NCBI RefSeq assembly: GCF_006345805.1
Contig: NC_043014.1
Span: forward strand, 13,454,001-13,518,000
Origin: Octopus sinensis
Taxonomy: Eukaryota
Direction of reading: 5' to 3'
Length of the DNA: 64,000 nt
Under the pieces are notes generated by a model. The model was not told the origin of the DNA. It did not search any database and saw only the letters and a program-made list of their open reading frames with translations. A program made the translations under genes and the position numbers. Of the stretch, positions 53,103 through 64,000 are shown piece after piece. Position 1 is the first letter of the stretch; each line of letters begins with the position of its first letter.

Positions 53103-53440
53103 GTGAAGGTACATGGCTCAGTGGTTAGAGCATTGAGCTTATGATTATGAGATTGTAAGTTCGAATGCCGACCGGGCTGCATTTTCTGTTCTTGAGCAAG
53201 ACATTTTATTTCACGTTGCTCCAGTTCACTCAGCTGTAGAAATGAGTTGCGACATCACAGGTGCCAAGCTGTATCGGCCCCTTTGCCTTTCCCTTGGATA
53301 ACACTGGTGGCGTGGAGAGGGGAGGCCGGTATGCATGGGCGACTGCTGGTCTTCCATAAACAACCTTGCCCGGACTTGTGCCTGGGAGGATAACTTTCTA
53401 GGTGCAATCCCATGGTCAGTCATGACCGAAGGAGGTCTCT
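53103..53440 (+). mobile_element. SINE family D head with tail Z, nested in a family A SINE
   Basis: tggctcagtggttagagc...gttcgaatgcc head; ttcttgagcaagacattttatttcacgttgctccag core. Confidence 0.75.
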
Positions 53441-53966
53441 CAATATACACATATATATAAAAGTGTCCCTGCGATGCCATGTAAAAGTACCCAGCACACT
53501 CTGAAGTGGTCAGTGTTACTGGGGTCTGGTGCATCCCTCCCCCCCCCAGCTTTCCAGCTTTGGTCACATCATCCAACCCATGCTAGCATGGACAATGGAT
53601 GCTAAATGATGATGATGAATATATATGTGTATGTATTTGAGTGTGTGTGTGTCCTTGTCTGTGTTTCACCCCCTCCCCATAATCGCTTGACAAACAGTGT
53701 TGGTGTGTTTATGTCCTCATAACTTGGTGGTTCGGCAAAATAGACCAACAGAATATGTACTAGGCTTTTAAAAAAATAATTCCGGGGGTCAATTTGTCCA
53801 ACTAAAACTCTTCAAAGTGGTGCCCCAGCATAGCCATAGTCAAATAACTGAAACAAGTAATGGATAAAACTAAGTCAGCATTTTGATTCTTACTGTTTCA
53901 CTGTGTTTAAGACAATTTATAATAATATTATTAATAATGTTTAAAAAATATTCTGTTTCATTTCAG

Positions 53967-54216
53967 GGCATCTCACAGGATGCCATTCACTTAAGGATTT
54001 ATTCTGCTAGTGTTGTTAATTTAACACTGGTTGACTTGCCAGGCATTACCAAAGTACCCGTAGGAGACCAACCCGAGGATATTGAAATGCAGATTAAAGA
54101 GATGTGTATGAAGTATATCAGCAACCCCAACTCGATAATTCTGTCAGTAACTGCTGCTAACACCGACATGGCTACCTCTGAATCCTTGGCTCTTGCTCGG
54201 GAAGTTGATCCTGAAG
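53967..54216 (+). CDS. DNM1L: Drp1 coding exon (DLPG, switch II)
   Basis: tttcag acceptor; [40 protein letters not shown]...[20 protein letters not shown]; donor G|gtaagt; 250 nt, phase 0 to 1. Confidence 0.97.
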
Positions 54217-54254
54217 GTAAGTGTTACAAAGGGAGATGCCTTTATTTTATGTAA

Positions 54255-54745
54255 CTATGCAAACCTTCCCTTCATTGGACACTGCTTGCAAAGACCTGTT
54301 GAGGCAAGTGAAATCAGAATCAAATTCGATGACTGGCATCCGTGCCTGTGGAGCACTAATAGCACCATCCGAGCGTGATTGTTGCTAGAGCGGCTAACTG
54401 GCATCCGTGCCAGGGGTACGTAAAAAGTGCCATTCAAACGTGATCGTTACCAACGTTGCCTTACTGGCACTTGTGCCAGTGTGCAGGTGGCACGTAAAAA
54501 AAAAAAGGACCATTTGGGCGTGGCCGTTGCCAGTACCCCCTGACTGGCCCTCATGCTGGTGGCACATAAAAGCACCCACTTCAGCTCTTGGAGTGGTTGG
54601 CGTTAGGAAGGGCATCCAGCTGTAGAAACTCTGCCAGATCAAGATTGGGGCCTGGTGCAGCCATCTGGTTCACCAGTCCTCAGTCAAATCGTCCAACCCA
54701 TGATAGCATGGAAATGTGGACATTAAAAGATGATGATGATGATGT
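54255..54745 (+). mobile_element. RTE 3'-UTR fragment about 40 bp downstream of a Drp1 donor site
   Basis: Same UTR array and tail. Confidence 0.8.
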
Positions 54746-54907
54746 CTTGGGTGAGTGAGTAAATTGAGGGGAAGTAGATTGGTAAAACACTGGATTACTG
54801 CCTTGCAGCCCCTTTCCTTAAACTTCAAATATCGACAAGTTTGACCTTGCATTTTGTACTTTCACAGTCAATAAAATACACTACCAGTTAAATACGAGTT
54901 GATTTAA

Positions 54908-55198
54908 CCCTTTAGCATTCAGATTACGTGGTCAAATGTAATGCTTATTTATTTACATTCATTTGAATTAGTCAGGCATTATCTTGCAGCTTTGAGATTT
55001 CAAGGACCTGATGGTTATTTTTTAGAATAATATTGTAAGTGTGAGAGGCCAAATCTGGCCAGTTTGAGCAAAAATCCTTAGAAGAGCTTGAGTAACTGAT
55101 GGCATTTATTTTGTGTGTAAATCTACATAGTAGATATACAAATATGTTAATATGAGAATATTTTGGCTGGATATGGCCAGTTTGTATGCTAAAGGATA
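54908..55198. mobile_element. piggyBac-type MITE with an 80 bp foreign insert
   Basis: TTAA|CCCTTTAGCATT start, decayed right TIR gctaaagga; insert at 55071-55150. Confidence 0.75.
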
Positions 55199-55454
55199 AA
55201 TCTATATAGGACTATATCACCTGATGTGTCTTTCCTTGTTTTTACAACATATTTTAGGTTCTTACTTTAACGTGGAAGTGTGTGGCTTAGTGTTAGGGTG
55301 TTGGACTAATGGTCATGAGATTGTGGTTTCGATTCCTGGACCAGGCAATGCGTTGTGTTCTTGAGTGCCAGTTTGTTATTTCTACCTAGTAGGTTTACAC
55401 ACATTATGTCATATCTCGACACTGTGTGGACTGAGTTCCCTGTTGACAGGCCAC

Positions 55455-55812
55455 TGATGATTGTTACCAGCGTCGCCTTACTGGCACTTGTGCCAGTGGC
55501 ACGTGAAAAAACATTCTAGCAAGGTCATTGCCAGTGCTGCTGGACTGCCTTCTGTGCAGGTGGCACATTAAAAACACCATTTGAGCATGGCTGTTGCCAG
55601 TACCGCCTGACCGACCCTCGTGCTGGTGGCACGTAAAAGCACCCACTACACTCTTGGAGTGGTTGGCATTAGGAAGGGCATCCAACTGTAGAAACTCTGC
55701 CAAATCAAGATTGGAGCCTGGTGCAGCCATCTGGGTCGCCAGTCCTCAGTCAAATCGTCCAACCCATGCTAGCACGGAAAGCAGATGTTAAATGATGATG
55801 ATGATGATGATG
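55455..55812 (+). mobile_element. RTE 3'-UTR fragment
   Basis: Three array units and (GAT)n tail. Confidence 0.8.
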
Positions 55813-56174
55813 AATGGTATGCAAATTTCCAACTCCACTTCTCTTAAGCTACTAGGTTTGATCTGTATATAACTATAGCTTGCTACTAGTTTCTTTGGGA
55901 TTGATCAAGTGATGTAGACACCTCAATAAGGGTTGTAAATTGATCAAGGCTGTTCACCAGTTTTCCACTCTACAGGAAAAAAGAAATAGGTAAATTTAAC
56001 ACATTTGTATATCTACTATGTAGATTTACACACAAGATAAATGCCACCAGTCACTGAAGCTCTACTAAGGTTTTATAAAACCTTTCATTAAATGATATCA
56101 GAGAGTATAACAAACAGTTTGAGAGAGAAAGGAAGGCAACAGACTGAATGATGCATCTTGAATTATGTATCTAA

Positions 56175-56577
56175 TGCTTTTACTTTTTACTCTTTTACTT
56201 GTTTCAGTCATTTCAGTCATTTGACTGTGGCCATGCTGGAGCACCACCTTTAGTCGAGCAAATCGACCCCGGGACTTATTCTTTGTAAGCCCAGTACTTA
56301 TTCTATCCGTCTCTTTTGCCGAACCGCTAAGTGACGGGGACGTAAACACACCAGCATCGGTTGTCAAGCAATGCTAGGGAGACAGACACACAAACACACA
56401 CACACATATATACATATATACGACAGGCTTCTTTCAGTTTCCATCTACCAAATCCACTCACAAGGCATTGGTCGGCTCGGGGCTATAGCAGAAGACACTT
56501 GCCCAAGATGCCACGCAGTGGGACTGAACCTGGAACCATGTGGTTGGTTAGCAAGCTACTTACCACACAGCCACTCT
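56175..56577 (-). mobile_element. SINE family A, minus strand
   Basis: Reverse complement of 45305-45700. Other - copies near 3215-3760, 18480-18878, 33858-34290, 50880-51268. Confidence 0.85.
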
Positions 56578-56796
56578 ACAAACTAATTACAAAGGACCTG
56601 TAAATCATTTCTTCTCATGTTAGCTTCTGTAAATGATTTCATTTTCTGCTGTTTTAATCTCAACACACATCACACCTAAGGTTATAACCAACAATTTTGT
56701 GTTTATGAAGTCTAAATGTCATTTACATCAAAATCTTAATTACAGTATTCGCTAGCATTAAAGACTCACCCCTATTTTACAAGTATGTTTTGTAAT

Positions 56797-57207
56797 GGAT
56801 CTTTTCGGTTTGAACGCCAATTTTTTCTAGCGGTGTCATATGAAATTGTCACCCATAATTACGACCCTACTCTCGATCTATTGCATTTCAATCTATTTTA
56901 GGGTTAGGGGTGGGGGGAAGGGTATCTTTTTTTCTTCACAAATGTAAATAAACCCAATCTGTTTCTTAAATGAGGGACATATTCATACGGCACAGAATGT
57001 TGTTTACCTCAATGGACGTCAGTGATTGGTTGAAATTGCAGAAATTGAAGAAAAAAACCAACAAATATCTTACAACCTATAGAATTTTCTCAATAAAGCC
57101 AAAAGAAAATGATGTTTTATAAACACATTCTACCAGTATACGAAGTTTAAAATTTTTTAGTTACCTAGAAATTATGTTAAAAACTGCCGTTCAAGCCGAA
57201 AAGATCC
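56797..57207. mobile_element. MITE with ~23 bp TIRs and 8 bp TSD (Merlin- or MULE-type)
   Basis: tttgtaat|GGATCTTTTCGGTTTGAACG...CGTTCAAGCCGAAAAGATCC|tttgtaac. Confidence 0.8.
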
Positions 57208-57263
57208 TTTGTAACAAAACAAATTTAGTATATTTCATCATACACTTACTGAAAGATGTTTAA

Positions 57264-57446
57264 CCCTTTAGTACTTGGATTATACTATCAATTGTAAAGC
57301 ATATTAACTCTCATTGTTTTGAATTAATCATGCATTATCTTGTAGTTGACATTGTAGAGTAGGTGTGAAAGGCGGGATATGGTTAGTTTGGGCATAAAAT
57401 GGGTAGAATATCTGAGCCAAATGTGGCTGGTTTAAATGCTTAAGAG
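57264..57446. mobile_element. piggyBac-type MITE, decayed
   Basis: TTAA|CCCTTTAG start; body matches the family. Confidence 0.7.
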
Positions 57447-57586
57447 TTACAGTGAATTTGATGGGGAAAATGTATGATTCTGTGCCTGTAAATAGAATTC
57501 TATGACAAAATACTGAAATAAATTATGAAATTATCAATTGTATTCTCAGTTAATTTTTTTCCCATTTTATAATTCATTCATCATAG

Positions 57587-57735
57587 GTCGACGTACTTTG
57601 GCTGTTATTACTAAACTAGACCTTATGGATGCTGGTACTGATGCTATGGAAGTACTCTGTGGACATGTGATACCTGTTAAGCTTGGTATTATTGGTGTGG
57701 TGAACAGGAGTCAAGCAGACCTCAATAATCAGAAG
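57587..57735 (+). CDS. DNM1L: Drp1 coding exon (TKLD G4 motif)
   Basis: catag acceptor; (G)[49 protein letters not shown]; donor AAG|gttggt; 149 nt, phase 1 to 0. Confidence 0.95.
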
Positions 57736-57781
57736 GTTGGTTTGTCTGGCCTAATTACCTCCCCCTATTTTGAGCAAGCAT

Positions 57782-57866
<85 letters not shown>

Positions 57867-58254
57867 AGGCACAATCATGTATACATACTAATACATGCAT
57901 ACATATATGCAACATTCATGAAAAAATAGTTTCATTAAAATTTCAGGACAATCTTCATACATACAGCCATATGCCACACATGCAGTCATATACAACATCT
58001 ACATACAACCATGTGCATAACACACACATAGCTGCAGAAACTTATCCAGATCAAATTGAGCCTGGTGCAGCCTCTGGCTCACCTGTACTCAGTCAAGCCA
58101 TCCAACCCCTGCCAGCAGGGAAAGTGGATATTAAACGATGATGATGATTCACATATACACATATCTCTACATATATAATATAATATAATATATATATATA
58201 TATATATATATAATATGTATATATTTTATATATATATACACACACACATATATA

Positions 58255-58813
58255 CTAGCAAAACGCCACCCCCACGTCCAATGGACAGTGCTGAGTTGTC
58301 AAACATTTAAACCAATTTTCTCAGAACAACTTGTCCGACCGTCCCATAGGCCTCCCCTTTCAGAAAAACTGGTTTAACCTAAATTTGAGACACCAGCAAA
58401 AGAAGAAATAAAGATAGATTTTTTTTCTATTCCAAAGAAAAACGATTTTATTCGCACAAATATGCAACCGAAGAGTTTAAAGTACCAGTAATGATAAGAC
58501 TGTTGACTGGAAGAACACAAACATGGTTTAAACAGTAAGCTTGGCAGGAAAGAAACGTGCCTTTAAGCAGTACAAAAACAACAAAAACTTGAAGGTGCAG
58601 TTATGTACAGGTTGATGGAAGAAAAGCAGGACAAAAACGGCTTTATCGATCGCTTTCTTACCTGGAATCGATTTTTGTAATTTTTTTCAAGACTTATACA
58701 CGCCCTGATACCGTTGGTATATACATATCAAATTTGAGCGCAATCGGATGGAGGAAGCCTGAGATCCTAGAAGACACACACGCAGACAGACAGAACGGAA
58801 TTTATATGATAGA
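58255..58813 (-). mobile_element. Non-autonomous Helitron of another family
   Basis: A|TC...CTAG|T on the minus strand; subterminal hairpin cac-gtcca-a-tggac-a-gtg; acag repeats near the 5' end. Confidence 0.72.
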
Positions 58814-59000
58814 TATACACACACACATCCACCCATCATCCTTTAACATCTGTTTTACATACATACATGTACATTTGTAAGCACCATTCACAGTGAATAT
58901 ATGCTTGTGCAGTACATACTCACATAAATAGAGCATATGGATGGCTCATATGCACTCATGCATGTAAATTACATACTGTAGTGTATATATATATATATAT

Positions 59001-59273
59001 ATCACGTGATCACGTGACCGACCAGACCATCAGATGTTGTTACACATCGCTGGTCACAATGCGTTCGCATTGTTTTAGCCTTCGAATGACGCCACCCCAC
59101 TGGCTAAGCGAGCAGGCCAACAGAAGAAAGAGTGGGAGAAAGAGTGGTGAAAGAGTACAGCAGGGATCACCACCCCCTGCCGGAGCCTCATGGAGCTTTT
59201 TAGGTCTGGGAATCGAAACCGCGATCCTACGACCGCGAGTCCACTGCCCTAACCACTAGGCCATTGCGCCTCC
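59001..59273 (-). mobile_element. SINE family C head with tail Y
   Basis: Reverse complement of 60663-60966 with a short internal deletion. Confidence 0.8.
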
Positions 59274-59274
59274 A

Positions 59275-60165
59275 TCATCATCATCATCATCATCATCGTT
59301 TAGCGTCCGTTTTCCATGCTAGCATGGGTTGGACGGTTCTACTGGGGTCTGTGAAGCCAGAAGGCTTCATCAGGCCCAGTCAAATCTGGCAGTGTTTCTA
59401 CGGCTGGATGCCCTTCCTAACGCCAACCACTCCGTGAGTGTAGTGGGTGCTTTTTACGTGCCACCTGCACTGGTGCCAGACAGAGCTGGCAAACGGCCAC
59501 GAACGTATGGTGCTTTTTATGTGCCACCGGCACGAGGGCCAGGCGAGGCTGGCAACGGACACGAAACGGAAAGTTCTCTTACATGCCACTGGCACTGGTA
59601 ACACATCTGCAATTTCCATTGATCGATTTCGATTCTGATCGTCACTTGCCTCAACGGGTCTTCACAAGCAGAGTTTTGACATGCCACCGGCACTGGTAGC
59701 ACATCCGCAATTTCCATTGATCGATTTCGATTCTGATCCTCACTTGCCTCATCACGTCTTCACAAGTAGAGTTTTGTGTCCCAAGAAGGGAAGGTATGCA
59801 TACGTAGGCTGGCTCCATCCCATGTAGAAGGCCACGGGTTATGGACTCACTTGTCCTGCCGGGTCTTCTCGCGCACAGCACACTTCCAGAGGTCTCGGTC
59901 TCCAGTCATTTCCTCAGTGAGACCTAAAGTTCGAAGGTCGTGCTTCACCACTTCGTTATTGCCTGGAGGACTATGATAAATAGGAGGGGGCTGAGTACTG
60001 AGCCTTGGTGGACTCCTACCTCTACCCGGAATTCTTCACTGTACACATTTCCAACCCTCACCCTACTAGCGGCGTCCCTGTACATGGCCCGCACAGCTCT
60101 CACTAACCATTCATCTATCCCTAGTTTCCTCATTGCCCACCAGATAAGGGATCGGGGGACCCTGT
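59275..60165 (-). mobile_element. Internally deleted RTE-clade LINE: RT fragment, ORF C-terminus, 3' UTR and (GAT)n tail
   Basis: Minus strand reads RVPRSLIWWAMRKLGIDEWLVRAV...VGVHQGSVLSPLLFIIVLQAIT, then EVVKHDLRTLGLTEEMTGDRDLWKCAVREKTRQDK*, then a ~570 bp UTR ending in gatgatgatg. Confidence 0.88.
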
Positions 60166-60360
60166 TCCAGAGAAATCTTTTGCTATGCTTTATTTCATTT
60201 GCTGTTGTGAAAATAATGGCTAATTTTACGAAACGCATACACATGCATTAACACACACACATACATTCAATATTGGTTCATTATTACCACCACATATTAA
60301 TATACAACATTGTTTTTACGCATTTTTCTATAAAAAATTTTTTTCTTATTTTAATTTCAG

Positions 60361-60465
60361 AATATGGCAGATTGTCTTCGTGATGAAGCTTCCTTTCTCC
60401 AACGGAAATATCCCTCAATAGCCAACCGAAATGGTTCTATGCATCTTGCAAAGACCCTCAACAGA
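60361..60465 (+). CDS. DNM1L: Drp1 coding exon (end of GTPase domain)
   Basis: tttcag acceptor; NMADCLRDEASFLQRKYPSIANRNGSMHLAKTLNR; donor AGA|gtaagt; 105 nt, phase 0 to 0. Confidence 0.95.
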
Positions 60466-60662
60466 GTAAGTTAACAACTTTCCTTTTTGTCTTTCATGTA
60501 TTAATAACAAACAGTCAGTAGATAGTCTGCTAATCTGACTGAAGTCATCTCTCTGCCTGCCTATTATCTGTTTATTCATATCTATCTCTCTATTTGTCTG
60601 TCTGTCTATATATCTATCAATCTAAATATACATACATACACATATATATATATATATATATA

Positions 60663-60961
60663 GGAGGCGCAATGGCCCAGTGGTTAGGGCAGTGGACTTG
60701 CGGTTGTAGGGTTGCGGTTTTGATTCCCAGACCAGGCATTTGTGTGTGTCTATTGAGCGAAAACACCCAAAGCTCCATGAGGCTCTGGTAGTGGGTGGTG
60801 GCGATCCCTGCTGTACTTTTTTACTACAACTTTCTCTCACTCTTTCTTTTGTTGGCCTGCTCGCTTAGCCAGCAGGGTGGCGTCATTTGAAGGCTAAAAC
60901 AATGCAAAGTGCATTGTAACCAGCGATTTGTAGCAACACCTGGTCAGTCACAGTGATCATG

Positions 60962-60966
<5 letters not shown>
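60663..60966 (+). mobile_element. SINE family C head with tail Y
   Basis: ggaggcgcaatggcccagtggttaggg head; lies between (TA)n tracts. Confidence 0.82.
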
Positions 60967-61026
<60 letters not shown>

Positions 61027-61552
61027 TACACTGCATACTGTGCATTTTAAGATTCTTAGCAGAATGAATTACAACCATGTAAATTTAATTTTTGTGTGTA
61101 TTATATTTGCCACAAAGAAATAGAATCTGAAAATCTTGTAGAAATTGTCATGTGATTTCATCAACTCTTTTATTTTCCATAACATAGAATTACTAGTGAG
61201 GGGCACAAAGTCTCCAGTCAGTATCAGTAGATTATTGATGAATGTCTGGTATTAGATCATTTTTGGTTACCCACTTTGGTGCTGTCACTCCTGGTTTTGC
61301 CACCAAAAGCGTTGGTTCTGCTGGCATGGTTGGTGGGAATCTTCCCACATAACCAAGCAAACTGAAACGGTCTTTGCATTTACGATTTCAGAACCCAAGC
61401 TATCCACTAAATAACTCTTTGACTTTAGGAAAAATTCAATCATCTATTCCAACCACTCGCTCTTATTTTGTGCACATTTTGAACTAAACTGTCTAATAAT
61501 GAGTGACAACACTATAGACTGCACTGATTTATGGAGATGTTATATTAAACAG

Positions 61553-61745
61553 ACGCCATCATAGATCGTTAGCTACTACACACATTTTTTTTTCTCTCCT
61601 TGTTTTTTTCTGTGTATCTTTCTGTAGAAGAGCGTAGGCTCGAAACGTAAAAGACTTTTTCTATTCCTGAGCGCTATACTAATACATCTGTTTGTTTGTA
61701 CACCACCTGCCTTCGTCTTTTGTTTATTTTCGTAAACTTTCCCTT
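61553..61745 (+). mobile_element. About 190 bp Penelope-pLTR-like repeat carrying a hammerhead-like motif; other copies 25246-25437(+) and 12446-12634(-)
   Basis: Three collinear copies gccat.atagat..tagc.actacaca...ctccctata; each holds the motif described in findings. Confidence 0.65.
61617..61654 (+). ncRNA. Minimal type I hammerhead ribozyme-like motif (U6 variant)
   Basis: UCUUU-CUGUAGA-A-GAGC(GUAG)GCUC-GAAAC-GUA-AAAGA. Confidence 0.55.
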
Positions 61746-61821
61746 TATATTAAACTAACCTGATTTGTAGACAAGATTTGCAATGTGACTTTTTTTCTAA
61801 TGCTTATTAATTCTTTTCTAG

Positions 61822-61935
61822 TTACTTATGCACCATATCCGAGATTGCTTACCAGAATTGAAAACCAGGGTTAATGTCCTAATTGCTCAGTTCCAGAGTT
61901 TATTGAATTCATTCGGAGAACCAGTGGAAGATAAA
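61822..61935 (+). CDS. DNM1L: Drp1 coding exon (bundle signalling element / stalk start)
   Basis: ttctag acceptor; [38 protein letters not shown]; donor AAA|gtaagg; 114 nt, phase 0 to 0. Confidence 0.95.
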
Positions 61936-62564
61936 GTAAGGGACTTGAAATTCTTTATGAAAATATCACTTCATTCAATATCTCTATCGAAGGGTTTTAG
62001 TGGAAGGGTTTGACCCCTCCCACCCTATACTTGATTTTTAAATCTGGTACATATTCTGCTGGTCTCTTTTGCTGAATCACTAATATATGGGGACATAAAC
62101 AAACCAACACCAGTTGTCAAGTGGTGTGGTGGGGACACACTGTACATGCATACACATGACAAGCTTCCACACAGTTTCTGTCTGTCAAATTCACTCACAA
62201 GACTTTGGTGGCACAGGGGCTACAGTAGAAGGTGCTTAGATTAAATAAAAGACAAAGCAGATATTGGAATTGATGTAATTGACTCCACATAAACTTTGTC
62301 CTTGTACACCATTATTCATTTTTCATCCCGGCATGGGTTGGATGGTTTGACAAGAGCTGGTGAGCCACAAGACTGCAATAAACTCCAATGTCTGCTTTGA
62401 TGTAGTTTCTATGACTGGATGCCCTCCCTAGCACCAATCATTGTACAGAAGGTACTGAATGCTTTTGGCACTGGCACCAGTGAGATGGTGAAATATCTTG
62501 TAGGATGAGACCCCTCAACTGAAGGATGTATAGTTAGAAATCATTATTTTTAAGATTGTGTAAT

Positions 62565-63050
62565 CATCATCATCATCATCATCGTTTAACGTCCGTTTTC
62601 CATGCTAGCATGGGTTTGACTGGGGTCTGGGAAGCCAGGAGGCTGCATCAGGCTCCAGTCTGATCTGGCAGCATTTCTACAGCTAGATACCCTTTCTAAC
62701 GCAACCACTCCGTGAGTGTAGTGGGTGCTTTTTACGTGCCACCAGCACAGAAGCCAGTGCAATGTCATCATCATCATCATCGTCGTTTAACGTCCGTTCT
62801 CCATGCTAGCATGGGTTGGACGGTTCGACCGGGGTTCTGGGAAGCCAGAAGGCTGCACCAGGCTCCAGTCTATTCATCATCATTTAACGTCCGTTTTTCC
62901 ATGCTGGCATGGGTTGGACGGTTTGACAGAAACCAGCAAGTTGCAGGACTGCGTCAAGCTCCAGTGTCGTCTTTGGCATAAGTGGATGCCCCTCCTAACA
63001 CCAACTACTTTACAGTGTGTATTGGGTGCTTTTTTCGTGTCACCAACACT
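62565..63050 (-). mobile_element. Three tandem RTE 3' ends
   Basis: catcat...tttaacgtccgtt..ccatgct recurs at ~62570, ~62770 and ~62877. Confidence 0.8.
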
Positions 63051-63317
63051 AGTGAAGTTGTCATGTACCCTGCAAGATATAAAAGAATAAAGGGAAAAAG
63101 GAAAGGGGCAAAAGCTTCCAAGACAAAGTGGAATTATTTGGGAGGAGAAAGTGGAGCTGGGTAGCTTTGTACCAGGGGTTGAAAGGCTAAAGTATGAATT
63201 AAAATCAGATTGTATGTTTACCTCTATTTCATATGTATGTATGTCTGTATGTAATCGTGCATATCTTTGTATATGAAGCATTTTCTGTCTTCAAATATGT
63301 TTTGTTGATCATTGTAG

Positions 63318-63409
63318 GGCCAGTTACTCCTGCAAATCATCACCAGGTTTGCTTCTGCTTATTGTAATACAATTGAAGGGACAGCTAAAAATATTGAAAC
63401 CACAGAATT
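63318..63409 (+). CDS. DNM1L: Drp1 coding exon (middle/stalk domain); gene continues beyond the window
   Basis: tgtag acceptor; [30 protein letters not shown](L); donor TT|gtaagt; 92 nt, phase 0 to 2. Confidence 0.95.
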
Positions 63410-63844
63410 GTAAGTTGGATTTTTGAAAAAAAAAATGTCTTATAGAAAATATATCGTGTTTATATTTACAAGATGTTAATCCATGCTCAACTATGTTCAC
63501 CACTTATTGCATTTCCTTCTAACTCCATTTCTGTCCATGTGTTACTCTCCATCACATTCCTATGAACTTCTTACCAACCCATACCACTTCTCTTATATTC
63601 ATCTTCTTGTGGCTTGAGGTTGTGCTTTGACACACCTTCACCTTATCTTTATTTTCTAACTGGGATAATCATATCTTTCTAGAGTATGACTCCTGTCTGT
63701 CTATCATACTTCAATCTCTCTACACCTGGCATAAAGCTGCTACCTCTGTTAACCCAGGTTAACCCTATCGAAATTTTGAAGATAGTTATATAAATAGGGA
63801 TAATGAACATACAGAAGCATCCAGTTAACCTTTATGCCTTACTG

Positions 63845-64000
63845 GACCAGCGTTGCCTTACTGGCACTTGTGCTGGTGTGCAGGTGACACGTAAAGAAGA
63901 AAAAAACAATTTCTTTCATGGCCGTTGCCAGTACCGCCTGACTGACCCTCATGCCAGTGGCTCGTAAAAGCACCCACTACACTCTCAGAGTGGTTGGTGT
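63845..64000 (+). mobile_element. RTE 3'-UTR fragment running off the window end
   Basis: Array units then aaagcacccactacactctcagagtggttgg. Confidence 0.75.

Noticed and set aside
54340-54600. CRISPR-like repeat-spacer appearance
   Set aside because: Eukaryotic intron, no cas genes, degenerate units, and the same spacers recur in dispersed LINE UTR copies.
56898-56910. Telomere-like ttagggttaggg
   Set aside because: Only two units, internal to a MITE.
60663-60735. tRNA gene-like sequence (also 13494, 53103, 29170-29244)
   Set aside because: A and B boxes run straight into SINE bodies; no complete cloverleaf or terminator seen.

Overview
AT-rich, repeat-saturated eukaryotic DNA. The SINE/LINE repertoire looks like an octopus (coleoid cephalopod) genome; this is recognition, not a database result. 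The only host gene is a dynamin-1-like protein (DNM1L/Drp1) on the + strand. Seven consecutive GT-AG coding exons (39686-63409) join in frame and encode the GTPase domain from the P-loop onward plus the start of the stalk. Exon 1 was not found, so the first ~39.7 kb is probably one giant intron. The rest is a transposon mosaic: a young 5'-truncated CR1-type LINE with one nonsense codon, many 3' ends of an RTE LINE whose UTR carries a structured hairpin array, several tRNA-derived SINE families with shuffled modules, piggyBac-, hAT- and Merlin/MULE-type MITEs with TSDs, non-autonomous Helitrons, a Tc1/mariner relic, long palindromes and microsatellites. Most notable are minimal type I hammerhead-ribozyme-like motifs with non-canonical cores (one U3-A8 covariant, and a three-copy U6 family) in small Penelope-like repeats, short locally templated inverted insertions, and repeated SINE insertion at one target site. 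Repeat boundaries are approximate unless TSDs are quoted.
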